From an uncultured delta proteobacterium (lineage in GTDB: Bacteria; Desulfobacterota; Binatia; UBA9968): a stretch of DNA of 64,000 nt. The notes under the pieces were generated by a model. That model worked only from the letters and a program-made list of their open reading frames with translations. It ran no database searches and was not told where the DNA came from. The stretch spans positions 1 through 64,000 of the forward strand of contig CAVWLW010000043.1 in NCBI GenBank assembly GCA_963755715.1, given 5' to 3'. Shown piece by piece: positions 29,262-39,199 of this stretch. Within the stretch, counting starts at the first letter, position 1. Every line of letters begins with the position of its first letter. The position numbers and the translations under genes are program-made.

Positions 29262-29906
29262 CTAGGCCGTCTTGGCAAACCCTTCATTCACTTCTTTCTC
29301 GTAGGCGAGCAGCTTCTTGACGCTCGGGCGCTCCTGCATGCGCTTGTAGTGCGCCATGACGCTGGGGAAGCCTGAGATGTCCACCTCCAACTGAGTGGCG
29401 CGGCGGCAGCACCAGAAGAAATGCGCGTCCGGCGCGGTGAAATGGTCGAAGAAGTACTCGCGCCCGACCAGCAAATCGTCGCCAATCCGGAAATTCTCGT
29501 AGAGAGCTTCCGTCGCGAATTTGATCACGCCGTCGGACGCGCCAGGCGCGTCGCAGACCTTGGCCGGGTTGTTGATTCGACTCAGATAGGGATGGATGCC
29601 GCTGGCGCACCAGGCGTGTAGCGAGATCGCCTGCAACTCGTCCCACGGATCGGCGGGCAGGATCTTCGCGTCGGGGAAGGTCCGATGGACCCATTGATGG
29701 ATAGCGACGTTCTCGTGCAGTATCTTGCCGTCGACGACGAGCGAAGGCACCTTGTGCTTCGGGTTTATCTTCAGGTACTCGGGCGTGAAATTCTGCCGCT
29801 TGCGAAAATTAAGCGGCCGGACCTCGAAATCGGCGCCCGCTTCGGTCAGCGTGACATAGGGAGCGAGCGCACAGGTGTTGGGGGCGTAGTAAAGAGCGAT
29901 TTCCAT
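29262..29906 (-). CDS. glutathione S-transferase family protein
   Basis: LYYAPNTCA, YLKINPKHKVPSL, ENVAI, FTAPD, ERPSV motifs. Confidence 0.9.
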   Translation of the reverse strand: MEIALYYAPNTCALAPYVTLTEAGADFEVRPLNFRKRQNFTPEYLKINPKHKVPSLVVDGKILHENVAIHQWVHRTFPDAKILPADPWDELQAISLHAWCASGIHPYLSRINNPAKVCDAPGASDGVIKFATEALYENFRIGDDLLVGREYFFDHFTAPDAHFFWCCRRATQLEVDISGFPSVMAHYKRMQERPSVKKLLAYEKEVNEGFAKTA

Positions 29907-29919
29907 CACGTCTCCTCCT

Positions 29920-31290
29920 CTAGATATGCTCAACAAAATATCCGCCGGTCACGGCTTCCTTCCACGACTTGATCACCGACGGCACGATTCCCACCGGCAG
30001 ATCTTTTTCCGCTTTCCAGAAGCTGTGCACGCCGGCGCCGAAGCGGGTGATGGCGATTTTCGGCGCGGGTTTCATGGCGCGGAAGCCCGGCATGATCACT
30101 TCCGCGTAGACTTCGGGGCTGTGATCGCGGCTGTCTTTGGAGATCTCGAAGAGAAAGGGCGGCACGGGCTTCACGTTTGCGCCCGATAGCTCGCGCGTGT
30201 AGCCGACGAATTGGTTGACCAGTGCTTCGGTCTCTTCCTTGTTCATTTTTAGCCGCGAGGCGCTGACGCGCGCGCCTTCAGCGAGGGAAGCTGTGATCGC
30301 GTGGGTGACGAGATACTCCGCTTTGAACTGTGGGCGGTTCTTGGCTTTTTCCCAGGCATCAAAAACATCTTCCATGATCGCCGGCAAGCGCATCAACGCC
30401 GTCGGTCCTTCCTGTCCCAGCGATTCCGGCCCGAGATAGCGGGCGAGGTCGCGCCAGGTGCGGATATAGAGCTCATCGAACGGATCGCTGCGCGGCTTGC
30501 CTTGCTTCTCGGGTTTTTCGTAGCCGCTGATTTTACCGAGTTCTCCGCCCCACACCTCGCGGCCGGAGCAAAGATAACCGAACGGCGAATGCTCGGTGGC
30601 GCAGACACCGGCCATGTTGGGGACGCGCTGTGACAGCATGCAAATGAACGGGCCGCCGGTGGAATGGCCCTGGCCGTAGACGGAAAATTCACCGACGGGA
30701 AAGTGGCGCCGGCAGGCTTCGATCATGCCGGCTTCGAACGCCGCGGGCCAGGCGGCCATGCGATACCAAAAAATTGTTTCTGGTTTTGCTTTCGCGAGCG
30801 TGCGCGTGCCGTAACGATTGCGCTTCGACGGATCTTTCACGACCTCGTATTGGTCCGGCGTGATCAGTTCGCCTTGTTTCCAGATCGGCGTGCGCACCGT
30901 GCCGTCGGCGTGGATCGTGTCATCGGGCCAATCGCGGCTTGGATCGGGAAAATAAAATCTGCCGGGGAAAGTGCCGGCGATCACGCGAAAACCGAACTTG
31001 CTGGCGAGCATCTTTGCGTGTCGCTCAATGCCTTTGAAATCGCTCGAGCCACCGTGCAGCAGAAAAAAGCCGGCCTTCTTACCGTCGGCGCCGATTGGAA
31101 TTTTGCTGGAGTCCACCGGTTCGTGGACAACCATGCCCAGGTCCCAGTCCATGCCGAGCGTGTTGACGCGAAAAATATCTTCGGTGCTCTTGATGGCCAG
31201 GTCGGGCTGGCCGAGAATTTCCTCGGTGTCTTTGATGCAACGTTCGCGGTCGACAAATTCCGGCGGCTGCCAGGTTTTCAAATTAGCCAT
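29920..31290 (-). CDS. hypothetical protein with alpha/beta-hydrolase-like motifs
   Basis: FLLHGGS, GHSTGG nucleophile elbow, late GVH; AGGAG RBS. Confidence 0.6.
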   Translation of the reverse strand: MANLKTWQPPEFVDRERCIKDTEEILGQPDLAIKSTEDIFRVNTLGMDWDLGMVVHEPVDSSKIPIGADGKKAGFFLLHGGSSDFKGIERHAKMLASKFGFRVIAGTFPGRFYFPDPSRDWPDDTIHADGTVRTPIWKQGELITPDQYEVVKDPSKRNRYGTRTLAKAKPETIFWYRMAAWPAAFEAGMIEACRRHFPVGEFSVYGQGHSTGGPFICMLSQRVPNMAGVCATEHSPFGYLCSGREVWGGELGKISGYEKPEKQGKPRSDPFDELYIRTWRDLARYLGPESLGQEGPTALMRLPAIMEDVFDAWEKAKNRPQFKAEYLVTHAITASLAEGARVSASRLKMNKEETEALVNQFVGYTRELSGANVKPVPPFLFEISKDSRDHSPEVYAEVIMPGFRAMKPAPKIAITRFGAGVHSFWKAEKDLPVGIVPSVIKSWKEAVTGGYFVEHI

Positions 31291-31481
31291 TTGGGTTCTC
31301 CTTGTTAACTTTGTTTCTACTAAGCGATGAGAAGGCGTGTCAACAGTTTGCGGTCTAGAGTCTTGCGTGCAGTTTTGGTTTCATGAAGACGCCGCACGCT
31401 AGGCGCTGAACCGCGTTGCGACGCTAGACAAAGACGCGCGAAACCGGATAGTAAAGGAGCTTAGTAAACATTCAGGAGCTG

Positions 31482-32447
31482 ATGATGAAGGTTCTAATAA
31501 CCGGCGGTCTCGGTGTCAATGGCGCGGTCACGGCTCGTTTGATGGTGCAAGACGGCTTGCGGCCCGTGCTGATGGACAACCGGATGGATCTGACTTTGAT
31601 GGGTGACATCAAAGATCAGGTCGATGTCGTGATCGGTGATATTTGCAACCAAGCGGTGTTGGAAAAGGCCGTCGACGATTATCAAGTCACACATATCGCT
31701 CATTTGGCTGCTTTGATGCCGGAGCCCGCTGAAGCCAATCCGCGCCTTGCAGTGCAAGTTAGTGTCGACGGCACGACCAACGTGTTGGAAGTCGCGCGCG
31801 CCAAGAATATCAAGCGCGTGGTGTTCACCAGCTCGAAAGCGGCCTACGGCGAAATCACCGGGGAATATGCGCCGCCGACCTGCAAACCCGTGCGCGAGGA
31901 TTATCCGAAACGGCCGGCGGATTTGTATGGCTCGCTCAAAGTCTGCTGTGAAGAGCTGGGCCGTTATTACCGGGAAACTTACGGAATTGAATTCATCGCG
32001 CTGCGCTTCGTGTCGATCTACGGTCCCGGCAAAGAAGCGCGCCATGGACCTTTGTCGTTTTACGGCCAATTGATCGAGCGAGCGCGCAGCGGCGAGACGT
32101 GGGTGATTCCGCAGGGCGGCGATCAGCTCAACGACGCGGTTTACGTCGGCGACGTGGGGCGCGCGGTTTATCTTGGCATAAAAGCACCGGCGCCGAGCGC
32201 ATGGACTTTTAATATCGGCACGGGGATGGCTTCGACGCCAAGAGATTTCTTGAATGCGGCGGCCAAATTATTTCCCGATCACAAGATCGAGCTCGGTCCC
32301 GGACCGAGCAAGCTCGGCCGCAGCAAGCAAAGTTATTGCGTCTTCGATATTTCAGCCGCGGAAAAGAACCTCGGTTATGAGCCGGCCTACGACGTGGCGC
32401 GCGGCGTGCGCGATTACGTGACTACGCTGGAGCGGCTCGGACGTTAA
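31482..32447 (+). CDS. NAD-dependent epimerase/dehydratase (extended SDR)
   Basis: VLITGGLGVNG, FTSSKAAYG, YGSLK (YxxxK), IYGPG motifs. Confidence 0.92.
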   Translation: MMKVLITGGLGVNGAVTARLMVQDGLRPVLMDNRMDLTLMGDIKDQVDVVIGDICNQAVLEKAVDDYQVTHIAHLAALMPEPAEANPRLAVQVSVDGTTNVLEVARAKNIKRVVFTSSKAAYGEITGEYAPPTCKPVREDYPKRPADLYGSLKVCCEELGRYYRETYGIEFIALRFVSIYGPGKEARHGPLSFYGQLIERARSGETWVIPQGGDQLNDAVYVGDVGRAVYLGIKAPAPSAWTFNIGTGMASTPRDFLNAAAKLFPDHKIELGPGPSKLGRSKQSYCVFDISAAEKNLGYEPAYDVARGVRDYVTTLERLGR

Positions 32448-32497
32448 AGTGAGAGCCATCAAATTCGTTTGAATAGACTTTTGTTGGAGAATGCATA

Positions 32498-33565
32498 ATG
32501 CCAAGCCTTGCCTCGAATCTTATTGAAGTCGAAGACAGTTGGGAAGCGGTCAACGATTGGTTTTGCGCAGAGAAGCTGAGCGACGGCTTGCCGATCGTGC
32601 CACCGACGCCGGAGCGGGTTGAAAAAATGCTCGGTGCGACCCGGCGCGATCCGCAGGAGATTATTGGGCCCATCCCGCCCAAGTGGGCGCCTTGCTCGAT
32701 TGAAAAAATCGCGATCAACGCTGTCATGGCTGGATGTTTGCCTGAATATCTGCCGGTGATTATCGCCGCGGTGGAAGCGATCTGCGAGCCGCGCTTCAAT
32801 CTTTACGGCGTGCAGGCGACGACCGGTTACGTCGGGCCGGCGCTGTTGCTCAACGGTCCGATCAGAAAACAGCTCAACGTCAATTGCGACTCTGGTGTGT
32901 TTGGCCCCGGCTTTCGTTCCAATGCGACCATCGGCCGTGCCATGCGTTTGATTTTGATCACGGTCGGCGGCGGCTATCCGGGCGACACGGATCGATCGAC
33001 GTTTGGCTGGCCGGGCAAATACACCATGTGCTTCGGCGAAAACCAGGAGAAAAGTCCCTGGGAGCCGTACCACGTCGAATTCGGTTTTAAGCCGGAAGAA
33101 AGTTCCGTGACCGTTTTCGGCATCAATGGATTCCTGCCGATTCACACCGCAGGCAATCGCGGCGAGCAGGCGCTCTCGTCATTGGCCGAAGTGATCAAGA
33201 TGCATCACGGTGTGAGTCATCTCGACGTCGGCAGCTTCGGCGGTGGCACGCCGTTGATTGCGCTCGGCATCGAGGACGCCGAGATCATGGCGCGCGACGG
33301 TATCACCAAGAAGCAGGTCAAGGATTACTTGTGGGAGCATGCGTCGCTCAAGTTCTCCGAGATTCCCGCGCGCCGGAAAGGGCACAAGAGTGATGACGAA
33401 CTATTAAAAGACGCGCCGCACGTCACGCCGGACAGGGTCGTCCATCTGTCATCGAAGTCGGAAGACATCATGGTCATCGTCGTCGGCGGCAAGCACCGAC
33501 ACTCGGTATTCCTACCCATGTGGACGGGGCGGAACACGCTGTGTGTGATAAAGCCCATTCGATAG
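32498..33565 (+). CDS. conserved hypothetical protein of the DGLPxxPPT family (often adjacent to UGSC/thioredoxin-like proteins)
   Basis: SDGLPIVPPTPERVEKML, EKIAINAVMAGCLPEY, NATIGRA, FGENQEKSPW motifs. Confidence 0.75.
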   Translation: MPSLASNLIEVEDSWEAVNDWFCAEKLSDGLPIVPPTPERVEKMLGATRRDPQEIIGPIPPKWAPCSIEKIAINAVMAGCLPEYLPVIIAAVEAICEPRFNLYGVQATTGYVGPALLLNGPIRKQLNVNCDSGVFGPGFRSNATIGRAMRLILITVGGGYPGDTDRSTFGWPGKYTMCFGENQEKSPWEPYHVEFGFKPEESSVTVFGINGFLPIHTAGNRGEQALSSLAEVIKMHHGVSHLDVGSFGGGTPLIALGIEDAEIMARDGITKKQVKDYLWEHASLKFSEIPARRKGHKSDDELLKDAPHVTPDRVVHLSSKSEDIMVIVVGGKHRHSVFLPMWTGRNTLCVIKPIR

Positions 33566-33634
33566 CAATTGGAGTACTGGAGTGATGGGAGGATGGTGCT
33601 TTCGGTCATGGGAATCGAGGATGGAGGATTGAGG

Positions 33635-34609
33635 ATGGGTCGCGCCGCGGCGATTCTTATGTTTGCGGTTGTGCTGGCGACGCCTTGCGCGGCACAGGAG
33701 AAAGTTCGCTTTCCGATCGGCGAGTCTTCGAAGACTTTGAGTTACGGTCCGCTTTGGGTGGCTGGGAAGATGGGTTTCTTCGACAAGGAAGGCTTGGAGG
33801 TGCCGATCGTTACCATGCGCGGGTCGCCGTTGACGATTCAAGCGCTGACCGCCGATTCCATCTACGTTGCCAATGCGACGGTCGACACGCTCATCAGCGC
33901 CTATGAGAAGGGAGCCGATATTACGATGATCGGCGGCCTGATCAACGGCCTCGGTTTGAGCATGATCGGCGGCAAGCCGTACAAAACCTACGCGGATCTG
34001 CGCGGGACGACGATCGGCACGCAGACACTGACCTCCGGCACCGGCTTCGCTTTGCGCCTAGTGTTAAAGGTCCATGGTTTAGAATATCCGCGCGATTACG
34101 CGCTGCTCAATATCGGCGGCGCTGCCGACCGCTATCAGGCATTAACCTCCGGCCAAATTTCCTCGGCGCCTGTCGGGGTGCCGCTCGATCTCGTCGCCAA
34201 GCAACAGGGTTTCAATATCATCGGTTACTTCGCCGATGACCAGCCCAATTTTCAGTTCAACGTCTACATCGTCAAACGCTCCTGGGCCGAAAAAAACCGG
34301 CCGCTGGTGGTGCGCTTCATGAAAGCGATGGTGTCGACAATGCGCTGGATGATGGACAATCGCGAGGCTGCCTGCGGCTATTTGTCGAAGGAGATGGTGA
34401 TTAGCGCGGACCACTGCCGTTACGCTTCCGACTATAACTGGAAAAGCCGAATCTGGGATCGCAACGCCGATCTTAACGTCGAAGGCGTGCGCACGCTGAT
34501 CAAAATCACCGCCGAGCAAGGCACACTCAAGGAGCCGTTGCCGCAACCGGCGAAGTACATCGATCAGAGTTATCTCAAGCAAGCGCTGGCGGAAATTGGT
34601 AAGAGGTAA
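33635..34609 (+). CDS. ABC-type substrate-binding protein, NMT1/SsuA-like
   Basis: PLWVAGKMGFFDKEGLEV; signal peptide from ATG 33635. The ORF-track extension upstream runs through tandem repeats. Confidence 0.85.
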   Translation: MGRAAAILMFAVVLATPCAAQEKVRFPIGESSKTLSYGPLWVAGKMGFFDKEGLEVPIVTMRGSPLTIQALTADSIYVANATVDTLISAYEKGADITMIGGLINGLGLSMIGGKPYKTYADLRGTTIGTQTLTSGTGFALRLVLKVHGLEYPRDYALLNIGGAADRYQALTSGQISSAPVGVPLDLVAKQQGFNIIGYFADDQPNFQFNVYIVKRSWAEKNRPLVVRFMKAMVSTMRWMMDNREAACGYLSKEMVISADHCRYASDYNWKSRIWDRNADLNVEGVRTLIKITAEQGTLKEPLPQPAKYIDQSYLKQALAEIGKR

Positions 34610-34639
34610 GGGGTGAGGCGTCAGGAGTAAGGAGATTTG

Positions 34640-35641
34640 ATGAATTCGCGCGGCATGATTGCAGGAATGATACTGTTGATCGGTTTTTTGTTCGTGTGGC
34701 GACCGGCGACGGCTCAAGACAAAGTCAGAATGGGTCTCAGCTCCGTGAGCGGGCTGCATAGCGCAGTGTGGGTTGCGGAACAGAAGGGCTTGTTTCGTAA
34801 GCATGGGATTGACGCTGAAGTCATCGTGACGGGTCAGGGTGGCACAGCGGGAATCAGCGCGCTGCTCGCCAACGACGTCCAGATAGTCAATTCAGCGGGT
34901 GATGTTCTGGTTGCGGCGGCGTTGCGCGGCGGTGACACCGTGATGATCGCGGGCGTCGTCAACAAAGGGCTGCAGCGATTGGTCACCAAACCGGAGATCA
35001 AAACGCCGGCGGACTTGAAGGGCAAGCGGATCGGTGTCACCCGGATCGGCGCGGTTTCTCATTCGGTTCTGCTGATGATGCTGCAGCAGTGGAAAATGAG
35101 CCCCAGCGACGTGCAGGTCATGCAGCTCGGCTCGTCGCCGAGTATGCTGGCGAGCCTCGACAAAGGCGGCATCGAGGGCGCGGTGCTGACGATTCCGTCG
35201 ATGTTCGTCGCCGAGGACCGCGGCTATCGTGTCTTGCTCGATATGGGGGATACGGACATTTATTATCTGCACACGATGGTCGCGACGACCCGCCAATACA
35301 TCAAGAACAATCGCGATAAGGTTTTGCGTTTTCTCAAAGGATACTTGGAAGGCATCGCCTTCGTGAAGCAACACAAGAAGGAAAGTCTGGATATCGTCAA
35401 GAAAAAACTTCGGCTTGGCCCGGAGCAGGAACGCAACCTAGAACGTTCCCTCGATTTATTGATCGCAAAATATTACGAGAACGTCCCCTATCCGTCGATG
35501 CGCGGCGTCGAGACTGTGTTGGGCTTCGTCGAAAAAGATAATCCCAAGGCCAAGAGCGCGGATCCAAAATCGTTCGTCGACGATAGCCTGCTGCGCGAGA
35601 TCGAAGCCAGCGGGTTCGTCAAAACGTTGTACCAACGCTAG
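34640..35641 (+). CDS. ABC-type substrate-binding protein, NMT1/SsuA-like
   Basis: WVAEQKGLFRKHGID, DLKGKRIGVTRIG motifs. Confidence 0.88.
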   Translation: MNSRGMIAGMILLIGFLFVWRPATAQDKVRMGLSSVSGLHSAVWVAEQKGLFRKHGIDAEVIVTGQGGTAGISALLANDVQIVNSAGDVLVAAALRGGDTVMIAGVVNKGLQRLVTKPEIKTPADLKGKRIGVTRIGAVSHSVLLMMLQQWKMSPSDVQVMQLGSSPSMLASLDKGGIEGAVLTIPSMFVAEDRGYRVLLDMGDTDIYYLHTMVATTRQYIKNNRDKVLRFLKGYLEGIAFVKQHKKESLDIVKKKLRLGPEQERNLERSLDLLIAKYYENVPYPSMRGVETVLGFVEKDNPKAKSADPKSFVDDSLLREIEASGFVKTLYQR

Positions 35642-35665
35642 AAAACATTCGCTTCTGGCACGCCG

Positions 35666-36661
35666 ATGAAAACGCTTTGGTTTAGTTTCGTTGCCGCCGG
35701 CTGCGCGCTTATTAATCACACCGACGCCTTTGCGCAAGACAAAATAAGAGTGGGATTGAGCTCGGTGAGCGCCCTTCATGGCGCCATGTGGGTCGCCGAA
35801 CAAAAAGGCCTCTTTCGTAAGCATGGCATCGAAACGGAAATCATCGTTACCGGCCAGGGTGCTACGGCTGGTATCGGCGCGCTGCTCGCCAACGATATCC
35901 AGATCGCCAGTGCCGGGGGAGATTCTCTGGTGAACGCCGCCTTGCGCGGCGGCGAGACCGTGATAATCGCTGCCGGTGTCAATAAAGGGTTGAACAGGAT
36001 TATGGTGCGGTCGGATATCAAAACTCCGGCGGACCTTAAAGGAAGAAAGATCGGCGCGACTCGCATCGGCGCGGTGTCTCACTCGGTTCTTTTGATGATG
36101 CTCAAACGCTGGAACATGAGCGCGACAGACGTTCAAGTTCTTCAGCTCGGATCTTCGCCGAACATGCTCCAAGCCTTGGACAAGGGCGGCATCGATGGGG
36201 CTGTGATGACGATCCCCTTCGTATTCATCGCCGAGGATCGCGGGTTTCGCGTCTTAGTCGATCTGGCGGAAACGGATATTTACTATCTTCACACCATGAT
36301 CGCTTCCACGCGAAGCTACATCAAGGCCAATCGCGACAACGCGCTAAGATTTCTCAAGGGTTTCTTGGAGGGCATCGCCTATTTCAAGCATAACAAAAAG
36401 GAGAGTCTCGAAATCGTCAGAAAGAAGCTTCGTGTCAACGCAGAGCAAGAGCGGAATCTCGAACGCTCTTACGACCTTCTGGCTACGAAATACTACGAAG
36501 CCACGCCTTATCCCTCGCTGCGCGGCGTCGAGACGGTGCTCGGATTACTCGAAAAAGATAATCCGAAGGCAAAGAGCGCCGATCCAAAATCATTTGTCGA
36601 TGACAGTCTATTGCGCGAAATCGATCAGAGCGGTTTTATCAAAAAACTTTACGAACGTTAG
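35666..36661 (+). CDS. ABC-type substrate-binding protein, tandem paralog of 34640..35641
   Basis: Long identical stretches shared with the previous gene (WVAEQKGLFRKHGI, TDIYYLHTM, EKDNPKAKSADPKSFVDDSLLREI). Confidence 0.88.
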   Translation: MKTLWFSFVAAGCALINHTDAFAQDKIRVGLSSVSALHGAMWVAEQKGLFRKHGIETEIIVTGQGATAGIGALLANDIQIASAGGDSLVNAALRGGETVIIAAGVNKGLNRIMVRSDIKTPADLKGRKIGATRIGAVSHSVLLMMLKRWNMSATDVQVLQLGSSPNMLQALDKGGIDGAVMTIPFVFIAEDRGFRVLVDLAETDIYYLHTMIASTRSYIKANRDNALRFLKGFLEGIAYFKHNKKESLEIVRKKLRVNAEQERNLERSYDLLATKYYEATPYPSLRGVETVLGLLEKDNPKAKSADPKSFVDDSLLREIDQSGFIKKLYER

Positions 36662-37256
36662 TCGCTACGACAAATAAAAATCCTCCACGGTAAAATTGCT
36701 GCTCCGTCGTTTATAAGCGTTTGCATCGATTGTCCTCAGTCTTTCACCGCTAATTCTTCTTTTCATCCGAACCAAACCTTCCGTCCGCAGCAGCGCGTAT
36801 TTCCATCACCCTGATTCATTCGTTTCTTCGTTCCGTCCGGCGTGCCCATCGATACGGCACAATAAAAATTGTCGGTGAGTGAATGAGATCTTCGGTTTCT
36901 GTTCGTTTTTGCCCTTCCGGGGTTCACCGATCGCCGCAAGCATGGCAGTAAAATTTGGCAGTTTCTGTTGCGACTTTCCGCAAAATCGCATTCAAAAAAC
37001 CATTGGCCCGCTGGAGTTTATTAGAGTCACCTAAAACACCGCGATGGCACGAAAAGTGCTCGATTGTCGACGAACAAGCGGGACACACTCAAGTCATGAT
37101 TGGTATCAATTCCATCACCCTTTGTCGGCGATCATCGGAGGGAATGTGAGGGAGTTAAAGGAGTATGCTGATCATGACGATTATTCTTGTAGTGCACATG
37201 TAGAGCCATTGGCCGGAAACATTATGCGGAGTTCACAGTTGCTGAATTTATTATGA

Positions 37257-37302
37257 CAAGGGAGCCCGCCTGGATACTACCAGCCGGGCTCTTGCTTCTT
37301 TT
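37257..37302 (+). terminator. possible intrinsic terminator or leader hairpin upstream of the kinase
   Basis: GAGCCCG..CTGG-atacta-CCAG..CGGGCTC followed by TTGCTTCTTTT. Confidence 0.35.
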
Positions 37303-37337
37303 GGCGTAGCGCTCTGAGCACGGCGATAGCGAGCCGA

Positions 37338-38714
<1,377 letters not shown>

Positions 38715-38795
38715 AATTAATAAACGACCCTGTAGGAAGCTTAAAGTTTGGACGGGGAAAAGGAATCCACAGAACCCAAGGAAAAGAGGTCGAAA

Positions 38796-39167
38796 ATGCC
38801 GACAAAATCGATTTTGATCGTTGATAACAATCCAGTGAACTTAAAGCTCATCCGCGTGCTGCTTGCCGGTGAGGGGTACGACGTGCATACGGCCGGCGAC
38901 GCCGACGAAGCGTTGCGCGTGCTAAAAAACTTGAGTCCGCAACTGATCCTCATGGACGTGCAATTGCCCGGTATCGATGGCCTCGAGCTAACGCGTCGGT
39001 TAAAGGCGGATCCGGCGACTCGCGATATCAAAATCCTCGGCTTGACCGCCTATGCGATGAAAGGGGATCGAGAAAAAATATTGGCGGCCGGCTGCGACGG
39101 CTATATCGCGAAGCCCATCGATACGCGTGCGCTCCCCGGCCTGCTGGAACATTATTTCGAAAGCTAA
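38796..39167 (+). CDS. single-domain response regulator (DivK-like receiver)
   Basis: ILIVDNN, ILMDVQLPGIDG, LTAYAM.GD, YIAKPID motifs. Confidence 0.9.
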   Translation: MPTKSILIVDNNPVNLKLIRVLLAGEGYDVHTAGDADEALRVLKNLSPQLILMDVQLPGIDGLELTRRLKADPATRDIKILGLTAYAMKGDREKILAAGCDGYIAKPIDTRALPGLLEHYFES

Positions 39168-39199
39168 CCGCGGCTTTGGACTCCGATGCGTGAACCCTT

